Of a stretch of 64,000 nucleotides of DNA, positions 38,865 through 48,098 are shown piece after piece. Below the pieces are notes generated by a model. That model made no database searches. It had not been told where the DNA came from and saw only the letters and a program-made list of their open reading frames with translations. Numbering within the stretch: the stretch's first letter is position 1; the number at the start of each line of letters is the position of its first letter. The DNA lies in assembly GCA_963820525.1 (NCBI GenBank), contig CAWGAA010000002.1, positions 608,001 through 672,000 of the forward strand. Reading direction: 5' to 3'. The translations under genes and the position numbers were made by a program. The stretch is from an uncultured Spirochaetota bacterium (GTDB lineage Bacteria > Spirochaetota > Spirochaetia > SZUA-6 > Fen-1364).

Positions 38865-39620
38865 ATGGACCTGCAGCTGAAGGGGAAGAACGCGATTGTG
38901 ACGGGGAGCGCAAGCGGCGTGGGAAAGGCCATCGCGCAGGTGCTTGCAGAGGAAGGGGCCAGCGTCGTTCTTTCGGACATTGACCTTGAAAAAGCCGAGG
39001 CGGCGGCCGCGGAGTGCAGGGCAAATGGCGCGCGGGCAATCGCGCTCCGGACCGATCTTTCCTCGGCCGCGGACTGCACGGCGATGATTGACCGAGCGGA
39101 GGAGCTTCTGGGTCCCATTGACATCCTCGTCAACAACGCGGGCATATGGCCCACGAACTTCGTTGTAGACATCCCCCTGTCGGAATGGACCAGAACCTTT
39201 GACATCAACCTGACAGCGGTCTTCCTGGCAAGCCAGAGATTCGCCCAGAAGGTGCTCGCCCGACACGGCCGGGGAAAGATCCTCAACATCACCTCGCAGG
39301 CTGCCTTCAACGGGTCCACAACCGGACATGCTCACTATGCGGCGGCCAAGTCCGGGGTTGTCACATTCACGATCTCCATGTCACGGGAGCTTGCGCCACG
39401 GGGAATCAACGTGAATGCCCTCGCGCTGGGCATGGTGGAAACCCCCATGAACCAGGATACCCTGGCAACCAGCAAGGAGTACTACGAGAAGCGCATCCAG
39501 ATCGGGCGCATCGCCAAGCCCGTGGAGGTGGCACGCTTCGCGGCGTTCCTGGTCTCGGGGTGCGCGGACTACTTCACCGGGGCGACCTTTGACGCCACCG
39601 GAGGAATGATAAGCCGTTGA
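38865..39620 (+). CDS. SDR family oxidoreductase
   Basis: TGSASGVG, NNAG, HYAAAK. Confidence 0.92.
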   Translation: MDLQLKGKNAIVTGSASGVGKAIAQVLAEEGASVVLSDIDLEKAEAAAAECRANGARAIALRTDLSSAADCTAMIDRAEELLGPIDILVNNAGIWPTNFVVDIPLSEWTRTFDINLTAVFLASQRFAQKVLARHGRGKILNITSQAAFNGSTTGHAHYAAAKSGVVTFTISMSRELAPRGINVNALALGMVETPMNQDTLATSKEYYEKRIQIGRIAKPVEVARFAAFLVSGCADYFTGATFDATGGMISR

Positions 39621-39707
39621 GTAGTGAATGGACGGCTGACCGTACCTGATACCGCAGCCTGGGGTTGCACAGCGCGGCCTCGAGCCCGTCTCATGGAGGA
39701 CAATGAC

Positions 39708-40775
39708 GTGAAGCTAGTCGGTATCGGAGAGCTGTTCATCCCGCACCAGCACATTCGAAAGGGATTTGCGTCCTTCACGGAAAAGGGCGTGCGGGTTGAG
39801 ACTCTGGACTGGAAGCTTTCAGGCTTCCAGGAGCTGCAGAACATCAACCACCTGGTGGAGAAGGCGGGGAGCGACGCCTATGATCCCCCGGCCTACATCT
39901 ATGAGGCTGCGCGAGAAGCGGACATCCTTGTCACCGAGTTCTGCCCCGTAGGCAAGAAGCTTATCGACAGCTGCAGGCGCCTCAAGGCAATAGGGGTCCT
40001 GCGCGCGGGAGTGGAGAACGTGAACGTCGCCCACGCCACGGAAAGGAACGTGCTCGTCTACAACACGCCCGGCAGAAACTCGGACTCCGTGGCCGACTTC
40101 ACCATCGGGATGATCATCTCGGAATGCAGGAACATCGCCCGGGGCCACCACGGCCTGAAGAACGGGCGGTGGATCCGAGAGTATCCCAACCAGGGCCGCA
40201 TCCCCGATCTTCCCGGGAAAATCGTTGGGCTTGTCGGCCTTGGGGAGATCGGCCAGAAGGTTGCCAAGCGCCTTGCGGGCTTTGACGTCGAGGTGCTCGG
40301 CTATGATCCGTTCGTGAAGGATCCGCCCTACGGTGTGAAGATGGTCGGCCTGGAACGGCTCATGGCCGAGTCGGATTTCGTGAGCATCCATGCCCGGCTC
40401 ACTAAAGAAACGGAAAAGCTCATAAGCCACGAGCTCATTTCACGCATGAAGCCGACGGCCTATTTCATCAATACGTCCCGGTCCGGACTTGTGGATGAGA
40501 ATGCGCTCTATGAGGCCCTGAGAGAAAAGCGCATCGAGGGGGCGGCTCTCGATGTGTTCGACAAGGAGCCTCCGGGAAACGATTACCCGCTGGTGCTCCT
40601 TGAAAACGTGACGTTGACCCCCCATATGGCGGGCGGCTCCAACGACGCTTTCTTCAATTCCCCGGCGCGCCTCGCGGCGGAGATGATCAAGCTATGGAAT
40701 GGAGAGAGCTCCCGATTCGTGGTGAACAAGCAGGTCTTCGCCAGCGCCGCGCGGAGCTTCACGTCGGGAGCGTAG
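39708..40775 (+). CDS. D-2-hydroxyacid dehydrogenase family protein
   Basis: RAGVEN, GLGEIG, INTSR, ALDVFDKEP, TPHMAG; GTG start after GGAGGA. Confidence 0.92.
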   Translation: MKLVGIGELFIPHQHIRKGFASFTEKGVRVETLDWKLSGFQELQNINHLVEKAGSDAYDPPAYIYEAAREADILVTEFCPVGKKLIDSCRRLKAIGVLRAGVENVNVAHATERNVLVYNTPGRNSDSVADFTIGMIISECRNIARGHHGLKNGRWIREYPNQGRIPDLPGKIVGLVGLGEIGQKVAKRLAGFDVEVLGYDPFVKDPPYGVKMVGLERLMAESDFVSIHARLTKETEKLISHELISRMKPTAYFINTSRSGLVDENALYEALREKRIEGAALDVFDKEPPGNDYPLVLLENVTLTPHMAGGSNDAFFNSPARLAAEMIKLWNGESSRFVVNKQVFASAARSFTSGA

Positions 40776-40778
40776 GCT

Positions 40779-42293
40779 TTGAGCGGAAGATCGGGGAGGC
40801 CATTCTTTCTCTCTATTGACTGCGGCTTGACCGCGACAAAGGCCGTCGTGATCTCCGCGGACGGAGAAGAGCTCGGCACGGGCCTTGAAAAGACAGAGGT
40901 CATTACAGGCTCCGACTCCAGCGAGATCGAGATGGACGGCCAGTGGCAGAGGGCCGCGCGGGTTGTCCGCAAGGCGCTCGTGGAGTCGGGAGTGAGGGCC
41001 CGGGAGATCACCGGGGTCGGGGTCTGCGGCCATGGCGGCGGTATTTATCCCGTGACCGCCTCAGGCGTCCCCGTCTGCAAAGCGTTGACCTCAATGGACG
41101 CCCGATCCGCCGAGACGGTGGCTCGCTGGCAGCGGGAGGGGATCAGCTCCTACCAGAAGAGCCGCCATCACCCCTGGCCGGGTCAGTCCCTGCCGCAGCT
41201 TGCATGGCTGAAGGCGGCACGGCCGCAGGCCTTCAAGAGCACCCGCTGGGTCCTCAGCGCCAAGAGCTGGGTGGCTTTCAGGCTTACCGGGATGCTTTCC
41301 GCGGACCGTACCGATGCGAGCAATTCCGGGTTCGTCAACCTTTTGTCCGGCGGCTATGACGCGGGGATGCTCGAGGTTTTCGGGCTTCCTGACGCCTTCG
41401 AGAAGCTTCCCCCGCTCCGTGACAGCACAGAGATCATTGGAGAGGTGACCTCTCAGGCGGCGGAGGAGACGGGCCTCTCCGCCGGCACGCCCGTGATTGC
41501 CGGCATGCTGGATGTCATGGCATGCGCCCTGGGAAGCGGTGCGCATGATGCCGGCAAGTACAGTCTCATTGCGGGCACCTGGAACATCAACATGGCCTTC
41601 GAGGGCAGGCTTCTTCCTGCGCCGCCGAGCGTGAAATGTTCCCTCGGGGCCGACGGCAGGCAGATCGCCTACGTTGAGTCCAGCGCCACCTCGGCCGGAA
41701 ACCTCGAGTGGTTCGTGGACAGCGTCATCATGCCATTCGCCGGCGGACTCTCCCGCGCCGAGATCTACGATGCCGTGAACGAGGGTGTCCAGAAACTCAA
41801 TGCCGCGCAAAGCAGCGTCCTGTACTTTCCCTTCCTTTATCGATCGCACCTGGCCCAAAGCATGGACGCGGCCTTCCTCGGCATCCGCGCGGGGCACGGC
41901 GTGCATCACCTTCTCGGGGCGATCATGGAGGGGGCGGTATTCGCGCATCGCAGGCACCTGGACATCCTGGCGGCATCCGGCCTTCGGCGCGCGGCGGCGG
42001 TGCTGTCCGGCGGAGCGGCGGCAAGCCCGGTCTGGTGCCGCATGTTCGCCGATATCACGGGACTTTCCATTGAGACGGCGCGCACATCCCAGGCAGGGGC
42101 CCTGGGTGCGGCGATAGCTGCCGCCGCGGGAACGGGCGCCTATCGGAGCCTTTCCGCCGCCGCGCTTGCCATGGTGAAACCCGCGGCGCGCTATGATCCG
42201 GACCCGCATATGCGCGATGTGTACGAAGAGAAGTATCGCGAGTTCAGCCGGATCATCGACGTGATGGAAGCATCCGCGCCACGAGCGCGCTGA
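40779..42293 (+). CDS. FGGY carbohydrate kinase (L-xylulose kinase-like)
   Basis: SIDCGLTATKAV, DRTDAS, IAGTW, SGGAA, GALGAA. Confidence 0.9.
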   Translation: MSGRSGRPFFLSIDCGLTATKAVVISADGEELGTGLEKTEVITGSDSSEIEMDGQWQRAARVVRKALVESGVRAREITGVGVCGHGGGIYPVTASGVPVCKALTSMDARSAETVARWQREGISSYQKSRHHPWPGQSLPQLAWLKAARPQAFKSTRWVLSAKSWVAFRLTGMLSADRTDASNSGFVNLLSGGYDAGMLEVFGLPDAFEKLPPLRDSTEIIGEVTSQAAEETGLSAGTPVIAGMLDVMACALGSGAHDAGKYSLIAGTWNINMAFEGRLLPAPPSVKCSLGADGRQIAYVESSATSAGNLEWFVDSVIMPFAGGLSRAEIYDAVNEGVQKLNAAQSSVLYFPFLYRSHLAQSMDAAFLGIRAGHGVHHLLGAIMEGAVFAHRRHLDILAASGLRRAAAVLSGGAAASPVWCRMFADITGLSIETARTSQAGALGAAIAAAAGTGAYRSLSAAALAMVKPAARYDPDPHMRDVYEEKYREFSRIIDVMEASAPRAR

Positions 42294-42360
42294 GACGGAC
42301 GCCGGGTCGGCGGAGCAGGCGGGCCCCGCCAGGCACACACCAGCCATGAAGGAGGAATAA

Positions 42361-43407
42361 ATGGCAACCATGAACGCGGTCGTCTATTACGGAAAGGGAG
42401 ACGTCCGCTTCGAGAAGATCCCCGTCCCGGCCTGCGGCGACGGCGAGGTGCGGGTGAAAATAGACGCCTGCGCGGTGTGCGGCTCGGATCAGAAGACCTT
42501 CAACAACGGAAATCCCCGCATGAAGCCTCCCATCGCCATGGGACACGAGTTCACCGGCCTCATCGAAACGGTGGGGAAAGCCGTCAGCGGTTTTTCAATC
42601 GGGGAAAGAATCGTCATGGCCACCTCCATCTCCTGCGGGGAATGCGCGTACTGCAGGCGCGGGTGGAGCAACCTCTGCGTCAGGCTCAACCCCATGGGCT
42701 TTTCCTATCCCGGAGGCATGGCCGAATACGTGGTTGTGCCGGAGATAGCGATCAGAAACGGCCACCTCGTCAAAGTCCCCGCCGGTGTCGCGCCCGAGCA
42801 TGCCGCCCTGGCGGAGCCGGTGAGCTGCGCGGTGAACGCGGTGGAGAACTGCGGCGTCTCGAAGGGGGAGACCGTCGTGGTGCTTGGCGCAGGGCCCCTT
42901 GGCGTCATGAACCTCTTTGTCGCCAGGGAATACGGGGCGGGGAAAGCGATCCTCGGCCAGAGGGAAGGGAAAAGGTTCGAACAGGCGAAGGGTTTTCCGT
43001 GTGACAGGCTGGTGAATATGACGCGTGAGAACCTCCTGGAGGTCGTGCGCGAAGAAACAGGCGGCATCGGGGCGGACGTGGTCATCGTTGCAGCGCCCGA
43101 GGCGGGTGTCCAGGAGCAGGCGCTGGACATCGTCCGCAAGAAGGGCAGGGTCTGCCTCTTTGCATCGCTTCCCGTGGGAAAAAGCATGCTTTCCATTGAC
43201 AGCAGGAAAATCCATTACGGGGAGCTCTCCGTGATAGGAGCGTCGGACTCCACCCCACGGCAGGTCGAGAAGGCGGTTTCCCTCCTCGGCAGGAAGGACT
43301 TCCCCAAGGAGAAGCTGGCCCATCCGATCCTGAGAATGTGTGAGATCCATGAGGCGTTCCGGGTCATGGAGGCGCGGGACGGGATGCGGGTGGTCCTCAA
43401 GCCGTAG
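42361..43407 (+). CDS. Zn-dependent polyol dehydrogenase (MDR)
   Basis: CGSD, GHE, CGECAYC...C, LAEPVSC, GAGPLG. Confidence 0.92.
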   Translation: MATMNAVVYYGKGDVRFEKIPVPACGDGEVRVKIDACAVCGSDQKTFNNGNPRMKPPIAMGHEFTGLIETVGKAVSGFSIGERIVMATSISCGECAYCRRGWSNLCVRLNPMGFSYPGGMAEYVVVPEIAIRNGHLVKVPAGVAPEHAALAEPVSCAVNAVENCGVSKGETVVVLGAGPLGVMNLFVAREYGAGKAILGQREGKRFEQAKGFPCDRLVNMTRENLLEVVREETGGIGADVVIVAAPEAGVQEQALDIVRKKGRVCLFASLPVGKSMLSIDSRKIHYGELSVIGASDSTPRQVEKAVSLLGRKDFPKEKLAHPILRMCEIHEAFRVMEARDGMRVVLKP

Positions 43408-43475
43408 AAGCCGCGGAGAATAAGGGCGGCGCGCTGGTTTTCAGCCGGCCTGCAGCGAGCATAGGGAGGGAGAGA

Positions 43476-44255
43476 ATGAGCGTTGATTTGAAGGGAAAGA
43501 CATGCGTGGTGACCGGCTCCGCGAAGAGCATTGGCCTTGCGATCGCTGAAATGTACGCGGGCCTGGGGGCGAGCGTCGCCATGATCGATCTTGACCCCGA
43601 GGTGATGACGCAGGCGAAGCGGCTTTCCCGGGAAGGGAAGGCCGTGCGGGGTTATGTCGTGGATATCACGGACCGGGCCGCGGTGCAGGCGTGTTTCGAT
43701 GGGATAGAAAAAGAGCTGGGGGATGTTTTTGCGCTGGCGAACGTCGCCGGTATCGTGGACCAGCAGCCGATTGAAGAGATCACCCCGGAGCGGCTCGACA
43801 GGGTGATGCGTGTCAACGTCAACGGGACCATCTGGCCCATCCAGGCGGCCCTCCGCACAATGAAAAAGCTCAAGGACGGCAGGATCATCAATTTTTCATC
43901 CAAGTCGGGAAAGACCGGCTCCGCCCTCATGTCCATATACTCGGGCGCCAAGGGTGCCGTCATGTCCATCACCCAGGCGCTGGCCTTCGAGCTGGCCGAG
44001 CACAACATCAAGATCAACTGTCTGTGCCCGGGGATCGTGGAAGAAACGGGAGTGTGGAGCGAGGTGAGCAAGGGCTACATTGAAAACCTCAAAATGCCAA
44101 AGAACGACGTGGTGAAGAAGTTCACCTCTAAGGTGCCGCTGGGGAGGCTTGCCCGAACCGAAGACATAGTCGCCTTCACGCGATTCCTCACCGTGGACGG
44201 AGACTACTGCACGGGACAGAGCTTCAACGTGAGCGGTGGAAGGGAAATGCACTAG
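43476..44255 (+). CDS. SDR, sorbitol-6-phosphate dehydrogenase (SrlD)-like
   Basis: NFSSKSGKTG, YSGAK, KVPLGR, YCTGQSFNVSGG resemble SrlD. Confidence 0.8.
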   Translation: MSVDLKGKTCVVTGSAKSIGLAIAEMYAGLGASVAMIDLDPEVMTQAKRLSREGKAVRGYVVDITDRAAVQACFDGIEKELGDVFALANVAGIVDQQPIEEITPERLDRVMRVNVNGTIWPIQAALRTMKKLKDGRIINFSSKSGKTGSALMSIYSGAKGAVMSITQALAFELAEHNIKINCLCPGIVEETGVWSEVSKGYIENLKMPKNDVVKKFTSKVPLGRLARTEDIVAFTRFLTVDGDYCTGQSFNVSGGREMH

Positions 44256-44283
44256 GCTCGGCGGCGGGCAGCGGAGAAGGATC

Positions 44284-45225
44284 ATGAAGAAGCGCGTCTT
44301 GGCCCTCGCATTTGTTATCGCCACGGTTGTGAGTGTAGCTGTCACAGCGAAGGGGAGGTCGGAAGCGGATATGGCGCAATCAAACGAGGAGCTGCGCAGG
44401 ATCTCTTACATCAGTGAGCTGGATGGCAAGGAACGGGATTTCTTTCTGTATATGCCGAGGGGATATGAGAGTGATGGCTCCAGACACTGGCCGGTCATCC
44501 TTTTCCTGCATGGGGACGGCGAGCGGGGAGACGGGAAAGAGGATCTGGACTATCTCCTGAAAAACGGTCCGCTCTATGAGGCATGGATCCAGAAGAGGGA
44601 TCTCCCGTTTCTCATCGTAGCGCCGCAGCTTCCCCTGTTTGGCAGGAACAATCCTGGCGGCCCACCGTACCTGGTCAATCGCACTCGGTCCGAGATCCCG
44701 CGGCGCCAGGCCATCGGCGTGCCGCCCCAGACCGAAGATTCGCGATCCCCAAAGCCCATGACCGGCGCCATTGCCGCTGGGGTCTTGCCCTCCAGCTTTG
44801 GCCCGCCGAACGGTTGGGAAAGGGTGGAGGCCGACGTGATGAGCATTCTGAACACCGTCTTGACGAGCTATCGCGCGGACTTCAAAAGAGTGTACCTTAC
44901 CGGTTTGAGCTATGGAGGCTTCGGAACGTGGTATCTGGCAAGCAGGCATCCCGACAAGTTTGCCGCCATATGCCCGATCTGCGGTTGGGGGCACCCCGAC
45001 CTCCTGCCGCCGATCGCCAAGGCCAAGCTTCCGGTTTGGGCGTTCTCCGGAGGCAAAGATGAGCTCGTGGAAACAAAGTACTTTTTCATTGGCTTTAACC
45101 GCCTTGTCGAGCTTGGCCACTCCCAAGTCCGCTTCACGACGGAGCAGGACATGGGGCACGACGTGTGGAACAGGATTTACGCCGGATCAGACATCTATCA
45201 GTGGTTTTTGGGTCAGTCGCGATAG
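44284..45225 (+). CDS. Exported alpha/beta hydrolase (esterase/peptidase)
   Basis: Signal peptide, FLHGDGE, GLSYGG nucleophile, D and GHDVW. Confidence 0.88.
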   Translation: MKKRVLALAFVIATVVSVAVTAKGRSEADMAQSNEELRRISYISELDGKERDFFLYMPRGYESDGSRHWPVILFLHGDGERGDGKEDLDYLLKNGPLYEAWIQKRDLPFLIVAPQLPLFGRNNPGGPPYLVNRTRSEIPRRQAIGVPPQTEDSRSPKPMTGAIAAGVLPSSFGPPNGWERVEADVMSILNTVLTSYRADFKRVYLTGLSYGGFGTWYLASRHPDKFAAICPICGWGHPDLLPPIAKAKLPVWAFSGGKDELVETKYFFIGFNRLVELGHSQVRFTTEQDMGHDVWNRIYAGSDIYQWFLGQSR

Positions 45226-45252
45226 CAGAGAAAGAGTGCGGTCATGAGTCCT

Positions 45253-46551
45253 CTACCGCCAGATCGCGTAGAGCGTCAGGGACGCTGCCAGTGTGGTGAG
45301 CACGGTGAACGGCCCGCCCACCCTGAGCCACCGCGCAAAGCTCACGGAGCGGCCCTCCTTCTTGACCATGCCCACCGCCACTATGTTGGCGGAAGCGCCG
45401 AAGGGCGTAAGGTTCCCGCCCAGGCAGGATCCAATGAGCAGCCCGAACATGAGAAGCTCGCCGTTGACGCCCAGGGAGCGCGCCAGGCCGCTGGCCACGG
45501 GCAGCATGGCGATGATGTAGGGCACGTTGTCCACGAAGCCGGAGATCAACACGGACACGACCACCATGACCACGAAGCCCATGACGAGGTTACCCCCGAT
45601 GACGCCGGAGAGGAGGCCCGCCAGATCGTCCAGCAGACCGATGTCCGCGATGGCGCCGATCACGATGAAGACACCGATCAGGAAAAGGATGGTTTCCCAG
45701 TCCAGGCGCTTCAAGAGCTCTCGCGCTTTGGACAAGGGCTCCTGCCGCAACAGGAGAAACCATGCCAGGCCCAAGACGGCCAGAACCATGCAGAGGATGC
45801 CGGAGCTTGCGTGCAGACCTTCCGACGTAATAAAGGAAATCAGGGCCAGACCCATGATCATGGCAGCGAGAAGCGCCGTAGGTACCCAGGACACCACCTT
45901 CTCCACGGGGAGGTCCAGGTGAACCTTCGGGAGCTTCCGGAAGTAGCCGTAGAAGTAGAGGGCTCCCGCGATCGCGCCCACCTGGACCACGAAGAAAATG
46001 GACAGCCTTCCGCCGTATACGAAGAAATCGTTGAACCCGAAGCCCGCGTAGGATGCGAATATCATGGAGGGTGGGTCGCCCACCAGGGTGGCGGTGCCCT
46101 GCAGATTGGCCATGACCGCGAGGCCGATTATGAAGGGGGTCGGGTCGATCTTGACCCGACGGCAGATCTCCAGGGCGATGGGAGCCATGAGCATGACCGT
46201 GGCCACGTTTTCCACGAACGCGGAGACGAACCCCGTGATCACCAGGATCGCCACGATGGCGATCCCCAGCGTTGGAGAGCGGTCCACTACCTGGTCCGCC
46301 AGTGCCGCCGGCACGCGCGAATAGATGAATAGATCCGCGATCACCAGGCTGCCAATATAGATTGCAAGGATGTTCCAGTTCACGAGCTCGCCCAAGGCCC
46401 GGCCCACGGATACGGCACCCGAACCGGGGAACAGGATGCCCGCCGCGAGCGTCAAGGCGGCGGTGCAGAGCGCGATGATCGCCTTTTTCTGGATGAACAC
46501 GACGACCAGACCGTACATGACCAGGGCAACCACCAGGATGAATAGCTTCAC
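45253..46551 (-). CDS. ArsB/NhaD/SLC13 (IT superfamily) permease
   Basis: SAFVENVATV, GTATLVGDPPS, SGFVDNVP, GGNLTPFGASANIV; GTG start after GGAGG. Confidence 0.9.
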   Translation of the reverse strand: MKLFILVVALVMYGLVVVFIQKKAIIALCTAALTLAAGILFPGSGAVSVGRALGELVNWNILAIYIGSLVIADLFIYSRVPAALADQVVDRSPTLGIAIVAILVITGFVSAFVENVATVMLMAPIALEICRRVKIDPTPFIIGLAVMANLQGTATLVGDPPSMIFASYAGFGFNDFFVYGGRLSIFFVVQVGAIAGALYFYGYFRKLPKVHLDLPVEKVVSWVPTALLAAMIMGLALISFITSEGLHASSGILCMVLAVLGLAWFLLLRQEPLSKARELLKRLDWETILFLIGVFIVIGAIADIGLLDDLAGLLSGVIGGNLVMGFVVMVVVSVLISGFVDNVPYIIAMLPVASGLARSLGVNGELLMFGLLIGSCLGGNLTPFGASANIVAVGMVKKEGRSVSFARWLRVGGPFTVLTTLAASLTLYAIWR

Positions 46552-46578
46552 GGTGATCCTCCAAGATCCGAGGCGTTT

Positions 46579-46686
46579 TGCTACGGTCTTGCCTATCCGT
46601 GGTGGATTGGAACAGCCGGAAACCCTTGGGTTCCGTGTTGACGACTTGTTCTTCCGCTTTGGGCGGCAGGCTACTCCCCGCTGGCA
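46579..46686 (-). ncRNA. yybP-ykoY (Mn2+-sensing) riboswitch
   Basis: GGGGAGTAGC (46679-46670), CGTCAACAC (46643-46635), GGCAAGACC (46593-46585) in correct order with plausible P1/P2 pairing, in the 5' UTR of a transporter. Confidence 0.85.
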
Positions 46687-46690
46687 CCCG

Positions 46691-46719
46691 ACGATACCAC
46701 GCCTCGGCGCACGCCGCAA
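46691..46719 (-). promoter_or_regulatory. Probable promoter of the riboswitch-permease transcript
   Basis: TTGCGG, 17 nt, TATCGT with extended -10 TG; predicted start at the aptamer 5' end. Confidence 0.55.
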
Positions 46720-46842
46720 GGGATTCGGATGATAGTGTCCGGGAGCGGAGATCAAGCTCTATCCGTTGGACGTTATCGACAGGATCGCGGCCCAAGCGGG
46801 ATTGGCGGTCAGGTCGGGCAACTTGATTCCGGGTTATGATCT

Positions 46843-48096
46843 TTAATCCATCGGTATCCGAGCCTCAACGACAACGCCCGTCTCCACCGTGAAACCGGCG
46901 TCGCCGGAAGGCGCATTTTCATCCATGTCGCTTCGGGCGAGGCGGACGTGCTTTTCCTTTTCCAGTGCGGCCAGCAGCTCCGGCTTCGGTATGCCGGCCC
47001 ACTGATCCCTCTGGATCGTGGATGCCATCGCCCATGCGCCGTCAGGAAGGAGGCTCTCGACGAAGCTCCTGGGCGTGGCGTTCTCGCTTCCGTGGTGCCC
47101 GATCTTGTAGAACCGGGTTTGTTTTAAAATATCCGCCCATCTTGGGTCTTTCATCGCGGTTGTCCACGTTCCCCATTGCGCATCGCCTGCGAAGAGCAGG
47201 TGCGTGCCCGCCATTTCCAGAACGAGCATAAGGCTCGTCCCGTTGACGGCCTGATCGAGCGCCACCACGGCTTCGAGGTCCGAGAATTGCGTGGAGCTTC
47301 TGATTTTTTGCCTGTCCTCCTCGGGAAAGGATGCACCCGAAGGCTCTCCGTGCTCGATGAACTGTTCCGCGAATGGGGCCCTGGGCTTGCCCGTCTCGTC
47401 GAGCGCGGCGGCATTGAGCCGCAGGTAGGTTTCCCCCTTCGGAGGCAGCATGTCGCGAATCACGTCCTTGTTCCGGGAAGGGCCCAGCGCGTGAATCGTA
47501 ACGCCGGGAAGGGCCTTTGATTCAAAGCTGCGCTCCGCTGGATCCTCGGCCGGGAGGAATCGCCTCCGCGCGCGGCCCTTGAACCCCGAATGAAGGGTGC
47601 GCATCGCCTTCTCGTTGGTGAGCGCGTTGCTCACCATCTCGGCAAACGCAGCCTCCACGGGATTTCCCGCCGCTGCTTTCGCCTGGAGAGAGGCGCTCAA
47701 GGCGAGGGCAAGCCTGCTCTGAGTCTCGCGGATCTCCCGCGCCTGCGGATCCGTCGGATCCTCGGTCCACGGAAGCCAGACCTCGCCTACCTCAACGCTT
47801 GCCCAGATGCCTTCCTCGAAACCCGAGACGTGGTCGCGATGCCGATGGGTGACCACCACGACGTCGATGCGAGGGACCCCGTCCGTCGAGGTGGCGTCCT
47901 TCACTATCCTGCTCACAACCTCGGACAGATTCCGTCCGGGAGCCGGGGCGATTGTCCCGCAGTCGAAGAGGATCCGTTTCACCCCGTCATCCGCCGGGAC
48001 GGTGACCAGGAATGCATCGCCGAAGCCGACATTGTACATTCGTACCGAGACGTGACGGGAATCTGCGCCATGGGCTGAAATCGAATGTTTTGACAT
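46843..48096 (-). CDS. MBL-fold metallo-hydrolase (ComEC/Rec2-like nuclease) with large insertions
   Basis: NVGFGDAF, FDCG, THRHRDHVSG, NGTSL, FAGDA, KIGHHGSENAT; no signal peptide. Confidence 0.9.
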   Translation of the reverse strand: MSKHSISAHGADSRHVSVRMYNVGFGDAFLVTVPADDGVKRILFDCGTIAPAPGRNLSEVVSRIVKDATSTDGVPRIDVVVVTHRHRDHVSGFEEGIWASVEVGEVWLPWTEDPTDPQAREIRETQSRLALALSASLQAKAAAGNPVEAAFAEMVSNALTNEKAMRTLHSGFKGRARRRFLPAEDPAERSFESKALPGVTIHALGPSRNKDVIRDMLPPKGETYLRLNAAALDETGKPRAPFAEQFIEHGEPSGASFPEEDRQKIRSSTQFSDLEAVVALDQAVNGTSLMLVLEMAGTHLLFAGDAQWGTWTTAMKDPRWADILKQTRFYKIGHHGSENATPRSFVESLLPDGAWAMASTIQRDQWAGIPKPELLAALEKEKHVRLARSDMDENAPSGDAGFTVETGVVVEARIPMD

Positions 48097-48098
48097 GG

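Noticed and set aside
46568..46707. Perfect 9-bp inverted repeat CCGAGGCGT/ACGCCTCGG enclosing the riboswitch
   Set aside because: One arm lies within the predicted promoter spacer, so it would form only on read-through RNA; too short to call an element end
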